Positions 1 to 7,261 of a stretch of 40,930 bases of DNA are shown here, piece by piece; position 1 is the first letter of the stretch; the number at the start of each line of letters is the position of its first letter. The stretch comes from a virus. Its lineage: Duplodnaviria; Caudoviricetes. The DNA lies in IMG/VR virus record IMGVR_UViG_3300020045_006991, positions 1-40,930 of that record. The stretch is one strand, 5' to 3'. The notes under the pieces are model-generated. The model made no database searches. It was not told the origin of the DNA and worked only from the letters and a program-made list of their open reading frames with translations. A program made the position numbers and the translations under genes.

Positions 1-121
1 ACGGATTTAAAATGGCTATAAATGCCGATAAAATTTATCGTTTTTATCAACCATCAGGCGTTAAAGATAAAACTAAAATTCTATTTGACGCAGAAGGTGA
101 CTTAGAGCTTGTTATTGATGG
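1..121. repeat. Terminal direct repeat, left copy (circular assembly overlap)
   Basis: 1-121 identical to 40810-40930; an ORF starting at 40785 reads through the junction and stops at 180-182. Confidence 0.95.
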
Positions 122-178
122 TACTTACGAACAACTTGTTAAAAAGATAAAGGCACTTAACAAACAGGATAAGCAACA

Positions 179-337
179 ATGAAACCACACCACAAAAACC
201 AAAAATCACTAAAACAGACTATAGAAGAAAACCGCGCCCAGATGACAGGAATGGCTAGATTGTTTGGAAACCCAGTACCGGTATTTAGCCAGATGTCAAC
301 CGATAAAAAGAAGGTAAAAAATGAACCTACCCCATGA
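179..337 (+). CDS. Hypothetical 52-aa protein (MKPHHKNQKSL...)
   Basis: Translated by hand; ATGA overlap with the junction-spanning ORF and overlap with the HNH gene start. Confidence 0.55.
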   Translation: MKPHHKNQKSLKQTIEENRAQMTGMARLFGNPVPVFSQMSTDKKKVKNEPTP

Positions 338-746
338 AATCATAAAAAAGAAAAGTCAGGTGTTTAGGACTAATTGTATTGCCCGCGCCAAGAAACTAAA
401 TATTCCAGTTTCCCTAGTCCCCATGCCCACGCAATTTGCCGAATGGCTAACTAGTCAGCCAATAACGATAAAGCGTAAGCGGCTGTATTTGACCTGCTAC
501 CTTACTGGCGCGTTGGTTCCGCTCGCTAAAATCGAACTGGATCACCGATTGCCAATTTCACGCGGTGGTAGCTTTCAAGTTTATAACCTAGGTATTACAG
601 ACGGCAGGATTAACGGCTGCAAAGGAAATCGAAGTGAACAGGAGTTTCGACAGTTGCTTGACGTGATAGCAGAATGGGATGAGGAAAGCAGAAAATCTTT
701 GCTGGCAGACTTACGCGCCGGAAGCTCGCGATTTAGAAAGTTTTAG
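321..746 (+). CDS. HNH-family nuclease
   Basis: CYLTG...ELDHRLPISRGG...NL...INGCKG matches the HNH motif; zinc-binding Cys partly lost. Confidence 0.8.
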   Translation: MNLPHEIIKKKSQVFRTNCIARAKKLNIPVSLVPMPTQFAEWLTSQPITIKRKRLYLTCYLTGALVPLAKIELDHRLPISRGGSFQVYNLGITDGRINGCKGNRSEQEFRQLLDVIAEWDEESRKSLLADLRAGSSRFRKF

Positions 747-751
747 CCAAT

Positions 752-785
752 AAAAAACCCGCTACCGTTGCCAGTTGCGGGTTTA
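752..785. terminator. Probable bidirectional intrinsic terminator
   Basis: AAAAAACCCGC...GCGGGTTT stem between convergent transcription units. Confidence 0.7.
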
Positions 786-857
786 ATTTTCAATTTCTAA
801 TAACGCCATTACTGACGGTATCGTAACTTTTTCTACGCATGGCAGATAAGCTGTAAA

Positions 858-907
858 ACACATCGGCGACCGAGTATCCCCAATCCTTAACCGATGTGTG
901 TATTATA
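858..907 (-). ncRNA. Candidate small structured RNA with its own -10 element
   Basis: Minus-strand TATAAT (902-907) followed by a perfect 9-bp stem, 858-866 with 891-899; no convincing ORF before the terminator. Confidence 0.4.
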
Positions 908-913
908 TCTTAG

Positions 914-1186
914 TTATCCAAATCTAACTAATACCGAAAATAATATCGTAAAAGAAATAAACCCAACCCAGAACCATAATCGCCATCCGTCCCTGTCACG
1001 CTCCATGTCATTCAACTGATACCCTAAGATTCTAATATCACTAAGCTTTCTATCTCTATCATCGCGCACCGATTCAAGCTCTTTGGTTAGTCTTGCAATC
1101 TGCTTATCTAGCGTGTCGAGAACATCAATGTCATAGACTATTTTATTACCACACAGCTTATCGAAAATCCAGTTTGTAATACTCAT
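914..1186 (-). CDS. Coiled-coil protein with C-terminal TM helix
   Basis: Heptad-like segment followed by WFWVGFISFTILFSVLV. Confidence 0.7.
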   Translation of the reverse strand: MSITNWIFDKLCGNKIVYDIDVLDTLDKQIARLTKELESVRDDRDRKLSDIRILGYQLNDMERDRDGWRLWFWVGFISFTILFSVLVRFG

Positions 1187-1318
1187 GTCAAACCCTCGTT
1201 TAGTAAATCAGTCACCGCATGATCTAAACAATCCCACGCCAACATCACAGGAACAATAATAAAAAAAACTGACTAGGGCGATTGTCCAGCATAATGCTTT
1301 TAGTGCTAAAATTTTCAT
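1183..1318 (-). pseudogene. Small membrane-peptide gene with apparent 1-nt insertion in a T8 run
   Basis: Removing one base of the A-run at 1261-1268 gives 44-aa MKILALKALCWTIALVSFFIIVPVMLAW...EGLT* with ATGA overlaps at both ends. Confidence 0.5.
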
Positions 1319-1827
1319 GATTGCACCTTTTTTGGAAATTTCATTCTTAGTTTGTTGCAGTTTATGAAGCAATCGTCATGATAAAAAATATCATTTTCTA
1401 TATATCCGTCTAATATCCTCAGTCGAGCAACAGGGTATTTTCTCCATATATCATCAACCCATAGTGACTCAACCACATCACCCGCCTTAGCCCGCTCTAA
1501 ATCAAAGGGTAGGGCTGCTGAGGTTTTGCGTCTAATTTTATCGCCATTGATTACGATCGACACTTCATCATTATCAATTAAATCCCCCCACCAAACATTT
1601 AAAAAATCATGCCCCCACATCTGATAAGCATTATCGCCATAAATCTTGACATCGTGGGCGAATAACTCAGAAAGCGGCTTTAATTTAATATCACACCACC
1701 CAACAATTTCACGATTTAATTCGTCATTAGACTCAAATAAAAACCCTTTATCATCAGTAAACCGCTCATACGCCAATTCGCCAAACTCCTCAATCGCCGC
1801 TTTTACTAATTCTTCGATATTACTCAT
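1315..1827 (-). CDS. Hypothetical phage protein (PFDLERAKAG motif)
   Basis: 170-aa ORF, GGTGA RBS, coupled to neighbours. Confidence 0.75.
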   Translation of the reverse strand: MSNIEELVKAAIEEFGELAYERFTDDKGFLFESNDELNREIVGWCDIKLKPLSELFAHDVKIYGDNAYQMWGHDFLNVWWGDLIDNDEVSIVINGDKIRRKTSAALPFDLERAKAGDVVESLWVDDIWRKYPVARLRILDGYIENDIFYHDDCFINCNKLRMKFPKKVQS

Positions 1828-1973
1828 AAATCACCAAAAATATCAGTTGTTTTATTATCCCGCACACAATGACCTCGCCACACTGGCATATCAACTGCGC
1901 ATCTTCGCCACCCTCTGTGAGTGACGCTAAAAATATCACTCATTCGTTGCTTATTGCGTTTTGTTAGCTTCAT
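1824..1973 (-). CDS. Hypothetical 49-aa protein
   Basis: Hand translation MKLTKRNKQRM...FGDL*; ATGA overlaps at both ends. Confidence 0.55.
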   Translation of the reverse strand: MKLTKRNKQRMSDIFSVTHRGWRRCAVDMPVWRGHCVRDNKTTDIFGDL

Positions 1974-2299
1974 AAATCACCCGGTAGTAACGTCCATTTC
2001 AAGCAATCTTTTATTAAAATCTCACTTCCAGAATGCTCACGGCGAATCGCGCCATGCTTTGATAGATAAACAGTAACAATCTCTCTATGTCTAGTCATGA
2101 CTAAAAAGTTATTGTTTGCTGGGACTGGATTATCCATACTTTCCCAAGGCATAAACTGCCACATGTCGGTGGCAGTTAGTGGAGCTAAGTCTTCATACCC
2201 ATAATCACAAATAGCTTCTAGTCTATCTTGCTCGTTGTGGATGATATGTATAATGCTATCATCACCAATATCAGCAAGCGGCTTAAATAATCTTTTCAT
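1970..2299 (-). CDS. Phage protein with DUF551-like C-terminus
   Basis: PWESMDNPVP...KWTLLP resembles the W-x-P-I-E-T-A-P...W-M-P-L-P phage motif; paralogous to 6399-6740. Confidence 0.65.
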   Translation of the reverse strand: MKRLFKPLADIGDDSIIHIIHNEQDRLEAICDYGYEDLAPLTATDMWQFMPWESMDNPVPANNNFLVMTRHREIVTVYLSKHGAIRREHSGSEILIKDCLKWTLLPGDL

Positions 2300-2367
2300 A
2301 AATCACCCCACAACATCCAAACAACCATCAAAACCATCATTATTCCAAACTCCCAAACGTGTACCAT
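2296..2367 (-). CDS. 23-aa hydrophobic micropeptide
   Basis: MVHVWEFGIMMVLMVVWMLWGDL*; fills the gap between coupled genes. Confidence 0.45.
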   Translation of the reverse strand: MVHVWEFGIMMVLMVVWMLWGDL

Positions 2368-2368
2368 A

Positions 2369-2578
2369 CTATCCATTTTTCACCACCTTGATAATGCTTG
2401 TATTAAGCGGACACTCTGGGTGTCTTTCTCCGTTTTCCCAGTATTTTTCAATATTAATCGGAAGCTTACCTTCTGTTTTTAGCGTACAAAACCTATCGCT
2501 ATGATAGTGTATCGGTACAAAAGGGCAATCATGACACCCGTTCGATATAAGCACTTTTTCTGGTAATTCAGTCATCAC
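2369..2578 (-). CDS. Small Cys-rich protein
   Basis: GCHDCPF...FC...RHPECPL pattern common in phage accessory proteins. Confidence 0.65.
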   Translation of the reverse strand: MMTELPEKVLISNGCHDCPFVPIHYHSDRFCTLKTEGKLPINIEKYWENGERHPECPLNTSIIKVVKNG

Positions 2579-2799
2579 AGCCCACCATCTTTAGTTAGTT
2601 TGATTAGATACTCCTCATCAATGCCTTTTTCTCCATAAAGCTCAACTAAGACAGGGATATATTTTGCCGGAAGATAAGCTCGCCCACTCTTTATCTGACT
2701 AACAAAACTAGGCTTTAACCCAAGCTTGCCAGCCATTTTAATTCCCGTATCCAGCACAAAAAGCTTCCGCCCGTGCCGCTCAAGTTTTTTGTGATTCAT
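2575..2799 (-). CDS. Cro-like helix-turn-helix regulator
   Basis: KMAGKLGLKPSFVSQIKSG HTH signature; first gene of a divergent operon. Confidence 0.7.
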   Translation of the reverse strand: MNHKKLERHGRKLFVLDTGIKMAGKLGLKPSFVSQIKSGRAYLPAKYIPVLVELYGEKGIDEEYLIKLTKDGGL

Positions 2800-2823
2800 T
2801 TTTTTTACTCATGTTATTAAGGA

Positions 2824-2840
2824 TGTGCTATATTAGCACA
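2824..2840. promoter_or_regulatory. Palindromic operator / face-to-face extended -10 elements
   Basis: TGTGCTA-TAT-TAGCACA inverted repeat just upstream of the HTH gene. Confidence 0.55.
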
Positions 2841-2880
2841 ACGTAAAAACATTTACCAAATTATTTAGTAAATAAATATG

Positions 2881-2909
2881 TTGACTCAATGAAAAAACAA
2901 GTTTACTAT
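2881..2909 (+). promoter_or_regulatory. Sigma70-type promoter for the rightward early operon
   Basis: TTGACT-17 bp-TACTAT. Confidence 0.7.
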
Positions 2910-2951
2910 TAGCCATACTTTTTAAAAACCAACAACAAAACAGGTGCAATC

Positions 2952-3170
2952 ATGACAACATTAAAAACTGGCTATTATCAAGCTGACACTGCAAACGGAG
3001 TTTCGTACATCGGCGATATTTTAGAAAATTCTGAACAGGATGTTTTGCCAGCGGGATTATTTGCAGAGTCGCTAGAAGATTTAGAAGATGGCGAAATTAT
3101 CGTCGCTTTTTTCGATATGGAAACATTCGGTATTTTAGAAAACATCGAAAAACATTATTCAATCAATTAA
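2952..3170 (+). CDS. Acidic hypothetical protein
   Basis: 72-aa D/E-rich ORF with AGGTG RBS; first gene after the promoter. Confidence 0.7.
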   Translation: MTTLKTGYYQADTANGVSYIGDILENSEQDVLPAGLFAESLEDLEDGEIIVAFFDMETFGILENIEKHYSIN

Positions 3171-3215
3171 AACGCTAAGCGGTCGGCGACTAGACTGTAA
3201 CATTAGGAGAAGGTC

Positions 3216-3554
3216 ATGAGTTTAGATATTTGGTTTACATTACCGATGAACACGGGTAATGAGATAATTCAGCATGGCGTGTTCGACGCAAACATTACCC
3301 ATAACTTAAATACTATGGCTGAAAAAGCTGGTATTTATGAGGCATTGTGGCATAAGCAAGGTATTACAAAAGCGGAGGATTACATTGAGTTATTATCTAA
3401 TGCTTTGGTAATGATGAATAATAATCCTGAGTATTTCAAGAAGTTCGATGCTTCTAATGGCTGGGGAACCTATGAGAACTTTATTCCTTGGTTAGAGCGA
3501 TTGCTAGAAGCCTGTAAGAAGTATCCAATTTCAGAAGTTCATGTAAGTATTTAG
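3216..3554 (+). CDS. Conserved phage hypothetical protein
   Basis: MSLDI...ANITHNL..MA..AG...NGWGTY motif seen in phage accessory genes; AGGAG RBS. Confidence 0.8.
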   Translation: MSLDIWFTLPMNTGNEIIQHGVFDANITHNLNTMAEKAGIYEALWHKQGITKAEDYIELLSNALVMMNNNPEYFKKFDASNGWGTYENFIPWLERLLEACKKYPISEVHVSI

Positions 3555-3563
3555 GAGAAGGTC

Positions 3564-3677
3564 ATGAAAAACGCAAGAAAACAAAATCGCCTAAGCTGCC
3601 ATGAGGCGATTAAATCAGGTCTTAGCTTTTGGCTAAGTCATTTGATGAATGTCGGTGAATGGGGTCGGATGTCATGA
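3564..3677 (+). CDS. Hypothetical 37-aa protein
   Basis: AGGAG RBS; ATGA overlap with the next gene. Confidence 0.5.
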   Translation: MKNARKQNRLSCHEAIKSGLSFWLSHLMNVGEWGRMS

Positions 3678-3892
3678 GCGTTGTAGTCAAAGTAAAGACA
3701 AAAATAACCCATGAGTGGGTGATTTCTTTAACATCAGAAGAAGCAAAAGACCTGCTAAGAATGGCTCAGATAATCATCGAGCAAAACAGGTTATCAGAAT
3801 CCGATAAGTATCTTATTAGGGTATCGGAAAATATAGTAAAAAAGTTTGTTGGATTAGATCCAGCGAGAGCGCAATTATCAGAGAAATATTAG
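3674..3892 (+). CDS. Hypothetical protein
   Basis: ORF track; start moved to the coupled ATG at 3674. Confidence 0.65.
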   Translation: MSVVVKVKTKITHEWVISLTSEEAKDLLRMAQIIIEQNRLSESDKYLIRVSENIVKKFVGLDPARAQLSEKY

Positions 3893-3900
3893 GAGGAGCA

Positions 3901-4005
3901 ATGAAAGCACTAATCAAAGCAATCAAAGAAATGCTTGAATTCGATTTGCACTTATGCGCAATTGAAAGCGTTCAGCCGTTTTATCATCGTGGTGCGCACA
4001 AATGA
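3901..4005 (+). CDS. Hypothetical 34-aa protein
   Basis: Strong AGGAGG RBS; ATGA-coupled to the next ORF. Confidence 0.55.
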   Translation: MKALIKAIKEMLEFDLHLCAIESVQPFYHRGAHK

Positions 4006-4145
4006 AAGATATTTTATATATTTGCAGACTAATAAGTGTAATTTCAGCAGTTTGTTTTATGATTGTTGGCGCGACTATGGATATAGTGCAGTTGTGTTTT
4101 TTAGTTGCAATTTTAAGCGGGCAAGTAGCAGGACAGTTTAAATGA
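4002..4145 (+). CDS. 47-aa hydrophobic (one or two TM) protein
   Basis: MKDILYICRLISVISAVCFMIVGATMDIVQLCFLVAILSGQVAGQFK*; ATGA overlaps at both ends. Confidence 0.55.
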   Translation: MKDILYICRLISVISAVCFMIVGATMDIVQLCFLVAILSGQVAGQFK

Positions 4146-4294
4146 AAACACCCGCCCAAATCGCCGCAGATAAACGCCATATAGCGTTATCACTGCCAAC
4201 AACCCGCGCTAAGCCATACACCACTCAACAAATGGTGATTTCTCAGCGTAGAAGCCAATTATTGCCACATTGGAGTTGCAACGATGGACGATAA
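4142..4294 (+). CDS. Hypothetical 50-aa protein
   Basis: Hand translation; coupled to neighbours. Confidence 0.45.
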   Translation: MKTPAQIAADKRHIALSLPTTRAKPYTTQQMVISQRRSQLLPHWSCNDGR

Positions 4295-4472
4295 ATTACC
4301 CAAAGGCGTATTGCTAGAAATGGCTAAGCCTCTTGAATCATGCTTAGGATGTTATTTTTTCCCATCTAAAGGAAAGTGTCCTAGAGAGCCAGACAAACAT
4401 AATTTTAATCGGCTGTCGTGCGTCAATGGTAGAAACGTAATTTTTAAAGGGATTGAAAATGAAAGCGAATAA
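4284..4472 (+). CDS. Small Cys-rich protein
   Basis: SCLGCYF...C...C...VIF pattern. Confidence 0.65.
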   Translation: MDDKLPKGVLLEMAKPLESCLGCYFFPSKGKCPREPDKHNFNRLSCVNGRNVIFKGIENESE

Positions 4473-4617
4473 AGCAATGCAGGATTTTAACCACATCGGA
4501 ACTAAATACCCGATGGCAATCAATACACGCCCTTATCCAAGATGGATTGGATTGGCATTTTGGTTCGGTGTCGCGGCTGTTTTTGTGGCGGTTATTTTTG
4601 GGTTTATTAATTTTTAA
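4459..4617 (+). CDS. 52-aa protein with C-terminal TM helix
   Basis: Hand translation ending WIGLAFWFGVAAVFVAVIFGFINF*. Confidence 0.5.
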   Translation: MKANKAMQDFNHIGTKYPMAINTRPYPRWIGLAFWFGVAAVFVAVIFGFINF

Positions 4618-4627
4618 GGGGAACGTG

Positions 4628-5662
4628 ATGAACGATAAAACAAAAGCAATATTAGAAATAACCGCGCCAACTGGTCAAGAGTTTTCCACCAAGGGCGCGA
4701 TAGTTAATCAAACAAAAGGACTGAATGGCGTTTGCGTTGAGGTTTATATTCCGACAAAAGCCGTTGAAGAACAACAAAAAACACGCCCAGATACATTAAC
4801 TATGACGTTAATTCCTCCAAACGGCTATGTTTTTGACGATGGAATTGAGTTTAACGCAGACTTAAACAGCGCATATATCACAGAAGATTATTATGCTAAA
4901 GCATGGATTGAGATTAAATTGAAGCCCATTAAGAAAAATCCAGTGCAAGACCAAATTGCACAAGCCGAAGCCGATAAAAACGCCTATCCTTTGACGTGGA
5001 CTTACGGATGGGAAATGACTACTTTGCTTGATAACTCTAATAGATGGATTAAAGTTGGTGAGGTAAACAACGATGGTCGGCGATACCGCCGACTCCCAAA
5101 CGCAAGCTTAATAATGCAATGCGCGCAGGATAAAATAGATTATCCTGAGTTTTGGCATGAGCTTACCCAGTGGTCAAACTTAGATGAAGATAATTGGCAT
5201 GGCGTTCCATTTGATTCCGACACCCTTTATGAATTTAACAAGTACCGCCAGCACCCGCACCGCGAAAACATCATAAAATTTCATGCGTGTAGCGAGGCGG
5301 ATAAAAAGTGTTGGAAGAGTTGCAATATTGATGAATACGGAATGGAAATAACGAAATGGTATTCAGTAGAAAAACCATCTTGGGATGACGATTGTAAATA
5401 CCGCCTACGCCCACGAGTTTGCTTTATCACCCTGCAAGACGGCACAAAAATGGAGTTTCCTGAGCCAGTGCGGGATGCTTTGAAATATGAGCAGGAATAT
5501 TTTTTAGTTAATCCATTGAGCGGCACTGTAGATAAGTTTAACTGGTCGAAGGAATCTATTGAGAAAGGATGGTTGGTAAGAAATTTTATTCATCTATCCG
5601 AAGAAGCGGCAAAACAACACCTAGCCGCCCTGCAAGCCATAAATGCGCAGGTGGTGTTGTGA
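4628..5662 (+). CDS. Modular hypothetical protein with internal repeats
   Basis: Start revised to ATG 4628 (AAGGGG RBS); three repeats ending YRxxP. Confidence 0.75.
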   Translation: MNDKTKAILEITAPTGQEFSTKGAIVNQTKGLNGVCVEVYIPTKAVEEQQKTRPDTLTMTLIPPNGYVFDDGIEFNADLNSAYITEDYYAKAWIEIKLKPIKKNPVQDQIAQAEADKNAYPLTWTYGWEMTTLLDNSNRWIKVGEVNNDGRRYRRLPNASLIMQCAQDKIDYPEFWHELTQWSNLDEDNWHGVPFDSDTLYEFNKYRQHPHRENIIKFHACSEADKKCWKSCNIDEYGMEITKWYSVEKPSWDDDCKYRLRPRVCFITLQDGTKMEFPEPVRDALKYEQEYFLVNPLSGTVDKFNWSKESIEKGWLVRNFIHLSEEAAKQHLAALQAINAQVVL

Positions 5663-5982
5663 AAACCAAAATCGAAGAATTAACAGACGAACAACTCGAC
5701 CATTTTTGTGCGATTGCACAGGGGTGGACATTTGCGGAATGTTTCAACGCATGGTTTGTGATAGGCAAATTTGTTGCTGTAGACTATCACCCAACAACCA
5801 ACGCCGCGCAGTGCATGGAGATTCAGGAGTATGAGAAAATAAACGTTAGATTTAGCGATAAATTCCAGTGCTGGCAAGCGTTTTGCGGAAAAGTTAATGC
5901 CGTTAGTGGCACAACCGCGAAAACAGCAATAATACGCTGTTTTGTTAAAAGCAAGTTAGGTGAGGATGTGGATTGTGAATAG
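5659..5982 (+). CDS. NinX/DUF2591-like protein
   Basis: EELTDEQLD..A.AQGW...YHPTTN...AIIRCFVKSKLG pattern; GTG start overlapping the upstream stop. Confidence 0.7.
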   Translation: MKTKIEELTDEQLDHFCAIAQGWTFAECFNAWFVIGKFVAVDYHPTTNAAQCMEIQEYEKINVRFSDKFQCWQAFCGKVNAVSGTTAKTAIIRCFVKSKLGEDVDCE

Positions 5983-6406
5983 ACCGTTTGAAGTCGGTTG
6001 TATGGTGGTTAGCAATAAATATGGCATAGGAGTTGTCACTGAATTAAATACTACTTTTTATAAATATGTTGAGTGTAAATTTGAAAGTAAACGCATCGAT
6101 TTTAGCTTACGCGGATATGAAACCTTTGAAGACGAAAGATGCACTATAGAGGAACATAAAACCGAAATGCTTAATTCTGTAATTACAGCTATCCGCAAGC
6201 CACGCAAAGGCAGTAAAGAGGCGCGGGATATTGTGCTTGATTTAGCATTAGATTTAGCTAAAGCGAGGCGAGAACATCACAGATATTACAAGGCAAATGG
6301 ATGGAATCATAAGTTTAAAGTAATGGAAAAACAACACGAGCCGACTATTGAGCTTAGAAATAGATTTGAAAGAGCAAAGGCAAAACTAGGAGTATTAAAT
6401 GGGTAA
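5960..6406 (+). CDS. Hypothetical protein
   Basis: ORF in operon; true start may be GTG 5975. Confidence 0.7.
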   Translation: MRMWIVNRPFEVGCMVVSNKYGIGVVTELNTTFYKYVECKFESKRIDFSLRGYETFEDERCTIEEHKTEMLNSVITAIRKPRKGSKEARDIVLDLALDLAKARREHHRYYKANGWNHKFKVMEKQHEPTIELRNRFERAKAKLGVLNG

Positions 6407-6740
6407 AGAATGGCATGAAAATATCCCTGAAAATGGGGTATTGTGTAAAGAAAAATCAAGTGGCTCGATTATTAGAATCATGGGCAAATCGAATTTACTT
6501 GACAGCATGTTGATGGATGACTGCAGAAGCAGGAATCATTTCGGAACCGACGAGCTAACACCGCTAACAGCCGAAGAAATATGGAAGCTTATGCCTTGGC
6601 AGGATATTGATAGTGCGCCAATAAATACAGTAATTATCACAATGGATAACGATGGTGTTGTAAATCCGATAACCTTGCGCGGAATTGCACAGTGCTCTTT
6701 TTTTAAAAAATGGCTACCACTACCAACGGATCATAACTGA
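6399..6740 (+). CDS. Phage protein with DUF551-like C-terminus
   Basis: PWQDIDSAP...KKWLPLP; AGGAG RBS. Confidence 0.75.
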   Translation: MGKEWHENIPENGVLCKEKSSGSIIRIMGKSNLLDSMLMDDCRSRNHFGTDELTPLTAEEIWKLMPWQDIDSAPINTVIITMDNDGVVNPITLRGIAQCSFFKKWLPLPTDHN

Positions 6741-6748
6741 TATTAAAC

Positions 6749-6775
6749 AAAAGCCACTAGTGATAGTGGCTTTTT
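6749..6775. terminator. Bidirectional intrinsic terminator
   Basis: AAAAGCCACTA-GTGA-TAGTGGCTTTTT between convergent early and late operons. Confidence 0.85.
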
Positions 6776-6841
6776 ATTGCCAAAATCTAACCAATCCTAG
6801 CCCAATCCACCATGCATCATTTTTAGTAATGCGTGGCGGCT

Positions 6842-7261
6842 TTACTGCAAAAAAAGACCATCAATATCCTCGTCAGTCATACCCATTTTTTCTTTGCAAA
6901 ACTTAACTAATGCTGAGTCTAGCCGATGAAATTCAGGTGATTCGTCCCACAGAATGCGAATATCTGAATCGCGCGGCTCAGCGTCCATTGCATCAAGTAC
7001 AAAATTAAGTTTACCAGCAAGCTTTAGATTTTGCTTAGCTTTGAGCTTTGTCACTATCATGACGGCGCGTAGCTCGTCCTGCGTGGGATTAATGCTAACA
7101 AATGTAAACTTACCGTTATCCAATGCCATACCCAACTCAACGCCATCGTCAACTGTAATCAATTGGCTGACAAAATCAGGATGAAAACATAAATCTATAT
7201 TTTCAGATTCAATAATTTCAACCACTACAGTACCTACTAATCTTACATATTTTTGCATCAC
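6842..7261 (-). CDS. Putative tail fibre assembly/chaperone protein
   Basis: Directly after the fibre gene; N-terminal YVRL...VVEII and C-terminal IDGLF patterns. Confidence 0.65.
   Translation of the reverse strand: MMQKYVRLVGTVVVEIIESENIDLCFHPDFVSQLITVDDGVELGMALDNGKFTFVSINPTQDELRAVMIVTKLKAKQNLKLAGKLNFVLDAMDAEPRDSDIRILWDESPEFHRLDSALVKFCKEKMGMTDEDIDGLFLQ

Noticed and set aside
1-121. Terminal repeat as a biological direct terminal repeat
   Set aside because: It falls in the middle of an ORF, 121 is a plausible assembler k-mer, and the terminase type is usually associated with headful packaging.
3923-4180. Track ORFs 3935-4141 (+) and 3923-4180 (-)
   Set aside because: The region is better tiled by three ATGA-coupled ORFs with a strong upstream RBS.
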